Shown: piece by piece, positions 1-12,214 of the stretch
Position numbering within the stretch: the first letter of the stretch is position 1
Layout of the letters: the number at the start of each line of letters is the position of its first letter
Source: Isurus oxyrinchus
Lineage: Eukaryota
Length of the DNA stretch: 64,000 bases
NCBI GenBank assembly: GCA_026770705.1
Contig: JANJGN010000151.1
Coordinates: 1,116,001 to 1,180,000 of the forward strand
Direction of reading: 5' to 3'
The notes under the pieces: model-generated
What the model was told of the DNA's origin: nothing
Seen by the model: the letters and a program-made list of their open reading frames with translations, nothing else
The model's database searches: none
Position numbers and translations under genes: made by a program

Positions 1-238
1 CAGTGTCACCTTACTCCTACCTATTGCTTGCCTTCTATCCAACCTGACCTGCTCCATTCTGCTTAAACAGCAAATGTTATCACATTTTGATTTCTCTTTA
101 GCTCTGAGGAAGGTCATATGGTCTCAGAAAGTTAGCTCTGCTTCTCTCAGCACAGGTGCTGTCAGACCTACTGTGATGTCCCAGCATTTTATGCTATTCT
201 TTCAGATTTCCAGCATCCGCACTATTTTGCTTTTATCC
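1..238 (+). mobile_element. Penelope-like element 3' end (decayed)
   Basis: Contains ctgctgtgatgtcccagcatttt-like ...tttcagatttccagcatccgcactattttgctttta. The same terminal motif recurs >10 times in the window and adjoins a GIY-YIG remnant at 39.4-40.2 kb. Confidence 0.6.
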
Positions 239-1330
239 AGATTGATATAAAGTGAGACAGTGCCTCGTGCAGTGATTACTAATGGAGGGTCTAGATCATC
301 AAGAACTGAGACAGGGCCTAGTGCAATGCTTACTGATACAGGATCTAGATTTATATGAACTGCGACATGCTCGAGTGCGGTGATTACAGACACAGATCTA
401 GATTAATATAAACTGAGACGGGGTCTAGTCCAGTGTTTACTGATATTGGGTCACCGTCAATATAAATTCAGACAATGTCCAGGGCAACGATTACTGATAC
501 GGGGTCTAGGTTTATATACACTGAGGCTGGCCATAGTGCAGTGATTACTCATACAGGGCTGAGATAAAAATAAACTAGGACAGGGGGTAGTGCAATGATT
601 ACTGATACAGGGTGTAGATCAATATAAACAGAGACAGTGTCCTTTGCACTGATTATGATATAGGGTCTAGATCAATATAAACTGAGGCAGTGTTCAGCGC
701 AGTAATTACTGATACAGGGTCTAGATTAATAAAACTTGTGATGGGGCCAAGTGCAGTGATTACTGTTGTCGGGTCTAGGTTGATATAAACTGGTGCAGGG
801 GATAGTGCAGTGATTACTCATAATGAGTCTAGATTAATATAAACTGAGACAGGACCAAGTGCAATTATTACTGATACATGGTCGAGATCAATATAAACTG
901 AGGCAGTGTCCAGTCGAGTGATTACTGATACAGGTCTTGATTAATATGAACCGAGACAGGGTATAGTGCTGTGATTACTGATACAGGTTCCAGCTTGATA
1001 TAAACTGAGACAGGGCATTGTGCAGTGATTATTGATACAGTGTCTAGATAAATATAAACTGGGACAGGGGCTAGTGCAATGATCATTCTTACAGTGTCTG
1101 GACTAAAATAAACTGAGTCATTCCCTAGTTCTGTCATTATTAAAACAGGTTCTGGACTAATATAAATTGAGTTAAGGCCTAGTGCAGTGATTACTGATAC
1201 AGGATACAGATTTATATAAACTGAGGCATGGCATAGTACAGTGATTACTGATACAGGGCTTCGATTGATATAAAATGAGACAGTGTCCATTCACTGATTA
1301 TGATGCAGGGCCAAGATCAATATAAACTGA

Positions 1331-1710
1331 AACAAAAACAAAAATACCTGGAAAAACTCAGCAGGTCTGGCAGCATCTGTGGAGAGGAACACGGTTAACA
1401 TTTTGAGTCTGCATGACTCTTCAACAGAACTAAGAAAAAATAGAAAAGGTGTGAAATATAATCTGGTTTTAAGTTGGGAGGTTGGGACAAGAAGAGCTGG
1501 ATAGAGGGCCAGTAATAGGTGGACATAACCAAAAGATATCACAGACAAAAGGACAAAGAGGTGTTGAAGGTGATGATATTATCTGAAGGAATGTGTTAAT
1601 TATGGGTAGAAAACAGGACGAGCAAGGTACAGATAGCCCTAGTGGGGGTGTGGTGAAGGAATTGAAAAAGGCTAAATGGTAGAGATAAAACAATGGATGG
1701 AAATATATTT
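1331..1710 (-). mobile_element. Penelope-like 3' fragment inserted in the satellite
   Basis: aaaactcagcaggtctggcagcatctgtggagagg...gttaac terminal motif, followed by sequence similar to 39420-39700. It interrupts the 54-bp array. Confidence 0.7.
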
Positions 1711-4700
1711 GGGTCTAGTGCCGTGATTACTGATACAGGGTCTAGATTAATAGAACTTGAGACAGGCCAAGTGCAGTGATTACTGCTAGAGGGTTTAGAT
1801 TGATATAAACTGATGCTGGGTCTAGTGCAGCGATTACTGACACAGGGTCTAGATCAATATAAACAGAGATAGGGTCGAGTGCAGTGATTACTGATACAGG
1901 GTCTAGATTAATAGAACTTGAGACAGGCCAAGTGCAGTGATTACTGCTAGAGGGTTTATATTGATATAAACTGATGCTGGGTCTAGTGCAGCGATTACTG
2001 ACATAGGGTTTAGATCAATATAAACAGAGATGGGAGCAAGTGCAGTGATTACTGATCCAGGGTCTATATAAATATATACTGGGATGGGGGCCAATGCAGT
2101 GATTACTGATACAGGGTTTGGACTCTTATAAACTGAGGCATTTTCGAGCTCTGTCATTATTCATACAGGGTGTGGACTCATATAAACTGAGACAGGGCTG
2201 AGTGAAGTGATTACTGATACAGGATCTGGATTGATATAAGAAGAGGCAGGCTATAGTGCAGTGATTACTGATATGGGGTCTAGATCAATATAAACTGAGA
2301 CAGATCATAGTGCAATGATGACTGTTACAGGGTCTATATGATAAAGACTGAGGCAGGGCATATTGCAGGGATTACTGATACAGGGTCTACATTAATGTAA
2401 ACTGTGACAGAGCCTAGTGCAGTGATTGCTGATACAGGGCCGAGGTAAATATAAAGTAGGACAGAGGCTAGTGCAGTGATTAATGATACAGGATCAGGAT
2501 CAGTATAAACTGAGGCAGTGTCCATTGCAGTGATTACTGATACAGGGCCTAAATTAATATGAACTCAGGCAGGGCCTAATGCAGCGATTACTGATTTAGG
2601 GACCAGATTAATATGAACTGAAGCAGGCCATAGTGCAATGATTACTGATACTGGGTGTAGATCAATATAAACTGAGACAGGGCCCAGTACAGTGATTACT
2701 GATACATGGTGTAGATCAATATAAACTGAGACAGGCCCTAGTGCAGTGATTACTGATAGACGGTCTAGGTTGATATAAAGTGAGGCAGGGCCTAGTGCAG
2801 TGATTACCGACACAGGGACTAGAGTAATATAAACTAGGTCAGGGGCTAGTGCAGTGATTAATGATATCAATGATACAGGATGAGGATCAATATAAACTGA
2901 GACAGTGTCCATTGAAGTGATTATGGTTACAGGGTGTACATCAGTATAAACTGAGATAAGTTCCACTGATGTGATTAATGATGCAGGGTCTGGATTAATA
3001 TAACATGAGATAGTGTCTAGTGCAGTGATCACTGATCCAAGGTCTTGATAAATATAAAACTGAGATAGTGTCTAGTGCTGTGATTACTGATACATGGTCT
3101 AGATTAATATGAACTGAGGCACAGACTAGTGTAGCCATTACTGATTTAAAGTCCTAGATTGAAATAAACTAAGACAGGGCATATTGCAGTGATTGCTGAT
3201 ACAGGGTCTAAATTATTATAGGCTGGGGCAGGGCATATTGAAGTGATTACTGATACAGGGTCTAGGTTAATAGAAACTGAGAGAGGGCAAAGTGCAATGA
3301 TTATAGATTCAGGGTGCAGATTATTATAATCCCAACAGGGACGAGTGCAGTGATTACTGAAACAGGGCCTTGATTAATATAAACTGAATCAGGCTTTTGT
3401 ACAGTAATCACCAACACACGGACTGAATTAACATAACCTGAGACAAGGCCTGGTGCAGTGTTCACTGACACAGGGCCCAGATAAATATAACTGAGACAGG
3501 GGCTCGGGCAGTGATTACTGCTGCAGGAACTAAATTAATGTAAACTTTGATACGGCCTAGTGCAGTGATTACTGATACAGCATCTAGAATGATTTAAAAA
3601 AAACTGAGGCAGGGCATAGTGCAGTGATTGCTGATACAGGGTACAGATTTATATAAACTCAGACAGGGCCTAGATAAATATAAGCCAGGCCAAGGGCTAG
3701 TGCAGTGATTAATGATACAGGATCATGATCAATATAAACTGAGACAGTGTCCTTTGCAGTGATTACCGATACAAGATCTAGATCAATATTAATGGAGATA
3801 GGGCCCAGTGCAGTGATTACTGATAGAGGCTCTGGACTAATATAAACTGAGACAGGGCCTAGTGCAGAGATTACTGATACAGGGTCTTGATTGTTATAAA
3901 CTGAGTCAGGGCATTATGCAATGATCCAAATGCAGGCTTTATGTTAATATAAACTGTAACAGGATCTTGTTCAGTGATTACTGATACAAGGTCTATTTGA
4001 TATAAACTGAGGGAGGGCATATTGCAGTAATACAGAGCCTAGATCAATATATATGGAGACAGTGTTCATTGCAGTGATTACTGATGCAGGGTCTTAATTA
4101 ATAAAAGTGGAGACACTGCCAAGTGCAGTGATTACAGATACAGAGTCTAGGCTGATATAAACTGAGGCAGACCATAGTCAGTGGTTACTGATACTGGGTC
4201 CAGATAAATTTTAAACTGAGACAGGCTCTAATGCAGAAAGAATTTTTGCAAAGTCTAGATCAATAGAAACTGATGCAGGGTCTAATGCAGTGATGATTGA
4301 TACAGGGTATAGATTAATATAACCTGAGACAGGGCCTGCTGTATTGATTAAAGATACAGGGTCAAGATTGATAAATACTGAGGCAAGGCATAGTGCAGGG
4401 ATTACTGATACAGGGTCGAGATTAATTTAAATTGAGACATGGTTTGGTGCAGAGCTTACTGATAGAGAATCAGGATCAATATAAACTGAGACAGGGGCCC
4501 AGTGCAGTGATTACTGACACAGGGTCTAGCTTAATATAAACTGTGGCAGGGCTCAGTGCAGTGATTACTGACATTTGGTCTCAATCAATATAAACTCAGA
4601 CAATGTCCAAAGCAGTGATTACTGATACAGGGCCGAGATAAATATAACTTGAGGCAGGGCCTACTGCAGTGATTACTGATACAGTGTTTAGGTTAACAGA

Positions 4701-5093
4701 AACTAAGAGAGGGCCAAGTGCAGTGATTGTAGATTCAGGGTGCAGATTATAATAACCAGAACAGGGACGAGTGCAGTGATTACTGAAACAGGGCCTTGAT
4801 TAATATAAACTGAGACAGGGTCTTGTACAGTAATTACTGATACACGGTCTGAACTAACATAAACTGAGACAGGGCCTGGTGAAGTGTTCATTGATATAGG
4901 GCCTAGATAAATATAACTGGGACAGGGGCTCGGGCAGTGATAACTGACACAGGGTCTAGGTTAATATATATTGAGATGGGGCCTAGTGCAGTGATAACTG
5001 AAACATGGTCTAGATTCATAAAAAAAAGCTGAGGCAGGACATAGTGCAGGGATTATTGATAAAGGGACTCGGCTAATATCAAGTGAGACAGAG

Positions 5094-5150
5094 ATAAAAA
5101 CAAAGAAAACTGCGGATGCTGGAAATCCAAAACAAAAACAGAATTACCTG
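5094..5150 (-). mobile_element. 57-bp truncated Penelope-type end with 13-bp target-site duplication
   Basis: Insert (aaaactgcggatgctggaaatccaaaacaaaaacagaattacctg) is flanked by aagtgagacagag at 5081-5093 and 5151-5163. Confidence 0.75.
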
Positions 5151-6680
5151 AAGTGAGACAGAGTCTAGTGCAGAGATAACAGATGTGGGACCACGATCAA
5201 CATCAACTGAGATAGCTTCTACTGTGGTGAATCCTGATACAGGGTCTCAGTCAATATAAACTCAATGTGCAATGCAGTGATTACTGATACAGAGCCAAGA
5301 TAAATATGAAATGAGGCAGGGCCTACTGCAGTGATTACTGATACAGGGTCTAGGTTAATAGAAACTGAGAGAGGGCCAAGTGCAGTGATTATAGATTCAG
5401 TGTGCAGTTTATTATAACCAGAACAGGGACGAGTGCAGTGATTACTGAAAAAGGGGCTTGATTAATATAAACTGAGATCGGCTCTTGTATAATAATTACA
5501 AATACACGGTCTGAACTAACATAAACTGAGAAAGGGCCTGGCAAAGTGTTAATTGATATAGGGCCTAGATAAATATAACTGGGATGAGGCTCGGGCAGTG
5601 ATAACTGATACAGGGTCTAGATTGATAAAAAAAAAAACCTGAGGCAGGACATAGTGCAGGGATTACTGATACCGGGCCGAGATTAATATAAACTCAGAGA
5701 GGGTCAAGTGCAGTGATTACTGGTATAAGGTTCAAATTGATATAAAATGACATAGGGTCTACTGCAGTGATTACGGATATAGGGTCTAGACTGATATGAA
5801 CTGAGACAAGGCCTGGTGCCGTGATTTGTGTTACAGGGTTGGATGCATATAAAATGGGACAGGGCCTAGTGCAGTGATTACAGGCACAGGCTTTAGATTA
5901 ATTGAAACTGAGAAACAGTCCAGTGCAGTGCTTTTAGGTTCAAGGTGCAAATTATTAATACCAGAACAGGGTTGAGTGCAATGATTACTGAAACAGGGTC
6001 TTGATTAATATAAACTGAGACAGGCTCTTGTGCAGTAATTACTAATGCAGGGTCTGAACCAACATAAACTGAGACAGGGCCTGGTGAAATGTTCACTGGT
6101 ACAGTGCCTAGATAAATACAACTGGGACAGGAGCTCTTGCAGTGATGACTGCTGCAGGGACTAAATTAATATAAACTGAGGCTGGATCTAGTGCAGTGAT
6201 TACTAATAAAGGGACTAGACTAATATAAAGTGTGACAGAATTTAGTGCAGAGATAACTGATGTGGGGTCAAGATCAATATAAACTGAGACAGGGTCTGTT
6301 GCAATGATTACTGATACAGGGTCTAGATCAAAGTCAACTGAGACAATGTCCATTGCAGTGATTACTGATCCAGAGTCTTAACTGATAAAAACTGAGACAG
6401 GGCCTAGTGCAGTAAGTAATGTTACAGGGTCTAGATTAATATAAACTGAGAGAGCCTCAAGTACAGAGGTTACAGATACAAGGTCTAGATTATTATATTC
6501 TGAGACAGATCTAGTGTGGAGACTACTGATACATGGTTTAGCTCAATATAAACTGTGGCAGGGCACAGTGCAGTGATTACTGATGCTCTAAAGTAATGTA
6601 AGGAAGACAAGGTCTAGTACGGTGATTACTGATACAGGGTCTAGATTGATAAAAACTGAGGCAGGAAAAAATATAATTCT

Positions 6681-7774
6681 AAAATTGGCTTAGTTGTTGG
6701 AGAGAGAGGGTGATGACAGAAGGACACTTTATTAACTGGAAGCCAGTGTCCAGTCATGTACCACAGGGATCTGTGCTGGGTACCCCATTATTTATTATTT
6801 ATATAAACAAAAGTAGATGCCTACATGTGGGGTAGGATTAGTAAGTTTGTGGAGGACACAAAGATTGACCGGTTGGTTAACAGTGATGTTCAGTGCTTTG
6901 GGCTACAGGAAGATATAGATGGAATGGTCAAATGGGCAGATAAGTGGCAAATAGAATTTAGCACTGAAAAGTGTGAGGTGATACACTTTGGAAGGAATAA
7001 TTTGACTAGGAAGTATTCAATGAATGGGATGACACTAGGAAGTTCTGAGGAACAAAGGGACCTTGGTGTGTGTGTCCATAGGTCTCTGAAGGCAGAGGGG
7101 CATGTTTGTCAGGTGGTGAAAAAGGCATATGGGACACTTGCCTTTATCAATCAAGGCATAGATTACAAAAGTAGGGAGGCCATATTGGACTTGTATAGAA
7201 CCTTGGTGAGGTCACAGCTGGAGTACAGTATGCAGTTCTGGTCGCCAGATTATAGGAAGGATGTGATGCACTGGAGACGATGCAGAGGAGATTCACCGGG
7301 ATGTTGCCTGGTATGAAACATTTAAGTTATGAAGAGAGGTTGGATAGACTTGGGTTGTTTTCAGTGGAGCAGAGAAGACTGAGGGGAGACCTGATCGAGG
7401 TGTACAAGATAATGAGAGGCGTGGACAGGGTGGATAGGGAGCAGCTGTTGCCCTTAGTTGAAGGGTCAGTCACAAGGAGACATAAGTTCAAGGTGAGGGG
7501 CAGTAGATTTAGGGGGCTTTTGAGGAAAACCTTTTTTACCCAGAGGGTGGTGACAGTCTGGAATGCACTGCCTGGGAGGGTAGTGGAGGTGGGTTGCCTT
7601 ACATCCTTTGAAAAGTACCTGGATGAGCACTTGGCATGTCATAAAATTCAAGGCTATGGACCAAGTGCTGGTAAATGGGGTTAGGCAGGTAGGTCAGGTG
7701 TTTCTCACGTGTCGGTGCAGACTCAATGGGCCAAAGGGCCTCTTCTGCACTGTGTGATTCTGTGATTCTGTGAT
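6681..7774 (+). mobile_element. CR1-clade LINE, 5'-truncated (RT C-terminus + 3' UTR)
   Basis: ORFs 6825-7316 and 7280-7684 contain KFVEDTKI, KWQIEFSTEKCEVIHFG, LFSVEQRRLRGDLIEVYKI and FFTQRVVTVWNALP. Ends in a (gattctgt)n tail. Confidence 0.95.
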
Positions 7775-8599
7775 AATATAAACTGATATTACCGATAGAA
7801 GTCTAGATCAATATCAAGTGAGACAGCGTCTAGTGCAGTGATTACTGGCACAGAATCTAGATTAATATAAACTGTGACAGGGCCGAGTGCAGTGATTACT
7901 GACACAGGGACGAGATTATTATAAACTAGGACAGGGGCTAGTTACTGATACAGGATCAGGATCAATATAATCTGAGACAGTGTCCTTTCCAATGATTAAT
8001 GATAAAGGGTCTGGACTAATATACACTGTATCAGGGCCAAGACCAGTCATTACTAATACAGATTCAGGATTAATAGAAACTGAGAGAGGGTCCAGTGCAG
8101 TGTTTACTGATACATGGTCCTAATCAATATAAGCTCAGACAATGTCCAGTGCAGTCATTACTGATACAGGGTCTGGATTAATAAAAACTGAGACAGGCCT
8201 AGTGCAGTGGTTACTGATGCAGGGTGTAGGTTAATATAAACCCAGACAATGTCCAGTGCAGAGATGACTGATACATGGTCTGGATTAATGTAAACTGAGA
8301 CAGGGTCCACTGCAGTTATTAATGATTCAGGGTCTAAATTAATATAAACTGGGACTGTGTCTAGTGCATTGATTCCTGATATATGGTCTGGACCAGAATA
8401 AACTGAGACAGGGCCAAGTGCAAGAATTACTTCATCATTGATGCCCATATCCTAAGAACGAATTAAAACACTGCAAAATACTACAGATTCTGGAAATCAA
8501 AAGCAGGGCAAAAAATAACCACTCAGCAGGTCAGTGGGCATCAATAGAAAGAGAAACAGGTCAAACGTTCAGGCCAATGACAGGTGCAAAATCTCCCTT

Positions 8600-8850
8600 G
8601 GTACCAATCTATAGAGCAGGACTGTTCTCCCCCTATCCTAGTCCAGTATTCATTCTTCAACTAAAATCACATATTATCTCATCATTTTTCGCAGGTCTAT
8701 TCATGGGAGCTTGCTGTGCACAAATCACCGGATGGATTTCCAATATTACAGCAGTGACAAAACTTCAACAAATGTACATCAGCGAATTTCAAGGGCTTTA
8801 GGATGTCCTGGGGTCACAAGCTGCGTTCTATAAATGTAAATTCTTCCTAA
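8600..8850 (+). mobile_element. Deu-domain SINE 3' fragment (decayed)
   Basis: gggagcttgctgtgcacaaat...attacagcagtgac...tataaatgtaa resembles the copy at 62046-62345. Confidence 0.55.
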
Positions 8851-9639
8851 ATGTTAACATTTTAAAATGCTAGTTGTGATATGTTGAAAACTCTGAGATT
8901 AATATGATTATAGGTCGCTCCTCTGGCTGCTGTTTTAAATTGTCCATTTTAATCGGTTAAATCTTCCAACAAATTGACAATGAGTGTAATCCCAGCCTGT
9001 TCAAATATTCATCATTGATTGTGACAGTAGAACTTACAGAATTGAATTATTAATTTAAATGTATTTTTAATTATTTGAAATAAATAACATCTGTTCTAAT
9101 GGATGTTGAAAATGTTTCTATTAATTTTATACCAACTGTCAATATTCTTAAAATAAACCCTTGTTTTGAGTTGAAACCAATCAATAAGTGTCTATGTTTA
9201 TCTGGTTTTGCTGCCATGAACACTTCATTGAAGTCAGTTTATGTAAATGAACACAGAAATAGAAGTCCCAGATTAGATTCTGGAGACACAAAAACACAGC
9301 AATAGAGTCAAACATGCAAATACATCAACCGATTTCAGTAGCAATTGTTTTTGGGCATTTTTAAAATCAGTTATATGAGAATTATGTCACGATGATATCT
9401 ATGTTTAGAATTAAGTAAGATTCCCACTTATCATGAAATATAATGTCATGGCAAATGTGTTTGGAGGGATGTCCTGTATCCTCTCTCTCTCTCTCTCTGT
9501 CTCTTTCTCCTCTCTGGTACTTTGTCTTGTCTCTCCAACATGGGTCACTGTCTTTACTCCACAACATGAAGTCAATGTCTAGCCAATATATTCTCTCAGA
9601 CCGATTCATACACTTCAAACTAAATTGATCTAATGAAAT

Positions 9640-10700
9640 GGATTATAATCCGTAGAGGGAACTTTATTCTAAATCTGTTTTGAGCATTCACTGACTTGAG
9701 AGTGCTTGGTGGGAAACTGCAGACGAAACTTTACTCTGTATCTAACCTGTGATGCAGCCAGTAGCATAGATATGATGTGGCCGTGCCAAAGAATCTTTCC
9801 CTGTATCTAACCCGTGCTGTTCCTGCCTTTGGAGTGTCTGCCGGAGTGTAGAGGGAGCTTTATTTTGCACCTAACCTGCACTGTGACTGCCCTGGGAGTG
9901 TTTGATACAACTGTGTCGAGGGAGATTTACTCTGCATCTAAACTGTGCTATACCTGGCCTGAGATTAATTTATAGGGCCGTTTAGAGAGATCTTTACTCT
10001 GCATCTAAACCACGCTATATTTGACATGGCTGTAGACACTGTAGAGGGGGATTTGCCCCTATCTAAGCCCTGGAAATATCTGATGTGACGGTGCAGAGGC
10101 AGCTTTCCTCTTTACCTGCCCCCAGTGCCGAGCTTCCTGGGAAATGTCTGATGAAGAGTGCAGAGGAAACCTTACACTACATAGAACCCTTACCCTACAT
10201 GCCTCAACTGTGTTTGAGCGGACAATGTAGAGGAAGTTTTATCCTGTTTCTGAACTGTGCTGCACCTGTCCTGGAAATGTTTGATGGTGACAGTGTCGAG
10301 GGAGATTCACTCTGAATCTAACCCATGCTATACCTGCATTGGGAGATTTTCATGTGGCAATGTAGAGGGAACTTTACATTATTAATGTAGCCCCATGCTA
10401 CATCTGCCCTGGCACTGTTTGATGGAGCCATGGGCCTTGTCTATGCATTACACTAGACCGTGTCCAACCGTATCTAACCCGTGCTGTACCTGCCCTGAGA
10501 GTGTTCAATGTGACAATGTAGAGGTAGCTTTAAATTCTGTGACTAGCCCCATGGTGACAGTGTCGAGGGAGTTTCCCTCTCTCTAACCTGTGCTGCATCT
10601 TCCCTGGGAGTGTTCAATTTGACATTGTAGAGGTAGCTTTAAATTCTGTGACTCGCCCCATGCTGCACCTGTCCTGGGATAGTTTGATGGGACAGTAGAC
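9640..10700. repeat. ~67-bp tandem repeat (gggagtgtttgatgggacagtgtagagggagctttactctgtatctaacccgtgctgtacctgccct-like)
   Basis: About 15 diverged units are visible by eye. Confidence 0.85.
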
Positions 10701-10719
10701 CCTGACTTGATATTGCGTT

Positions 10720-11510
10720 CGACCGTGACCCTGTCTCTCTTTATATTACAGTCGACCCTGCCTCTGTTTGTATTACACTAGGCTCTGTCCCTGTTTATGT
10801 TGCACCCAACATGTCTCTGTTTATATTGCACCAGACGGTGTCTCTGTTTACATTGCACTAGGCCCTGCCCCTGTTTATATGACACTCAACATGTCTCTTT
10901 ATATTATATTAAACCTGCCTCTGTTTATATTGCATGAGACGCTGTCTCTGTTTATATTGCACTAGGCCCTGCCCCAGTTTATATTACACTAGACTCTGTT
11001 TCTGTTTATGTTACACTGATCCCTGTTTTGGTTTACATTACATTAGACCATGTCTCTGTTTATATTATATTAGGCTCTGCCCCTGTTTGTATTACACTTG
11101 ATATATCACTGTTTATATTACACCCGGCATGTCTCTGTTAATATTATACTCGACATGTCTTTGTTTATTCTGCACTAGACGCTGTCTCTGTTTATATTGC
11201 ATTAGATCCGGTCTCTGTTTATTTTGCACGAGGCCCTGCCCCTGTTTATATTAAAGTGGGCCCTGTATGTTTATAATACACTAGACCCTGTCTCTATTTA
11301 TATTACACTGGACCCCATTTCTGTTTATATTACTCTAGATCCTGTCTTTGCTTCTATTAAATAAGGCCTTGTCTCTGTTTATATTATAATTGACCTGTCT
11401 CTGTATATATTAATCTAGAACTGTCTCTGTATTTCAGTAGCCACTGTCTCAGTTCTGTGCTAGATCATATCTGTATTTAAATTACATTAGACCCTGCTTC
11501 TGTTATTACT
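10720..11510 (-). repeat. ~27-bp tandem repeat, reverse-complement relative of the satellite A monomer
   Basis: Unit ctagaccctgtctctgtttatattaca; its reverse complement tgtaatataaacagagacagggtctag matches the satellite monomer. Confidence 0.85.
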
Positions 11511-11709
11511 GCACTGCACACGTGCAATAATGGGGAAATTGGCTGGGGTGGAAATAGTGAAGATAAGGCAGCAAGATGGTGGGAACAATTATCATGGGGG
11601 CCTATTTAGATGTTATGACTTGTCCTCCCTGCATCCCAGATTTGTGTTCATGATCCACAGACCTCTCTTATCTAGCAGCTGTTTAAATTAAACCATTTAA
11701 CTCCTATTT

Positions 11710-12210
11710 TCAGGGTCTAGTGCAATAAAGTAAGGGAATATACTAATGTAATATAAACTGAGGACAATTAGATAAATATCTAAGACAGGACCTAATGTTA
11801 CAGAAATAGAAACATGGACTAGAACAGTAACAAAGAGACCGGCCCAGTAAAATATGAACAGAGACATGGTGGAGAGCAGCAATAACTGAGACAGGACCTA
11901 ATGTTACAGAAACAGAAACATGGACTAGAACAGTAACAAAGAGACCGGCCCAGTAAGATATGAACAGAGACATGGTGGAGAGCAGCAATAACTGAGACAG
12001 AGTCCAGTGTTACAGAAACAGAAACATGGACTAGAGCAGTAACAATGAGACAGGCCCAGTGTAGTATAAACAGAGACATGGTGGAGAGCAACAATACTGA
12101 GACAGGGTCTAGTAGTACAGAAACAGAATCACAGACTAGAGCAGTAACAATGAGACAGGCTGAGTGTAATATGAACAGAGACACGGTGGATAGCAGCAAT
12201 ATTGACACCA
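11710..12210 (+). repeat. ~106-bp higher-order repeat built from ~27-bp monomers of the same family
   Basis: Near-identical units, e.g. gacaggacctaatgttacagaaacagaaacatggactagaacagtaacaaagagaccggcccag at ~11784 and ~11890. Confidence 0.85.
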
Positions 12211-12214
12211 TATT

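Larger units (their letters stand above)
239..8435. repeat. Satellite array with a 54-bp unit made of two diverged 27-mers (gattaatataaactgagacagggccta + gtgcagtgattactgatacagggtcta), interrupted by insertions
   Basis: Tandem periodicity is directly visible. Minus-strand ORFs show an 18-aa repeat (PVSVYINLDPVSVITALG) = 54 bp. Confidence 0.95.

Noticed and set aside
239-8435. CRISPR-like repeat array
   Set aside because: No unique spacers, no cas genes, and the context is a vertebrate genome.
202-8448. Many Val/Ile/Pro-rich minus-strand ORFs
   Set aside because: They are translations of the 54-bp satellite (18-aa periodicity), with frequent stops and no exon structure.
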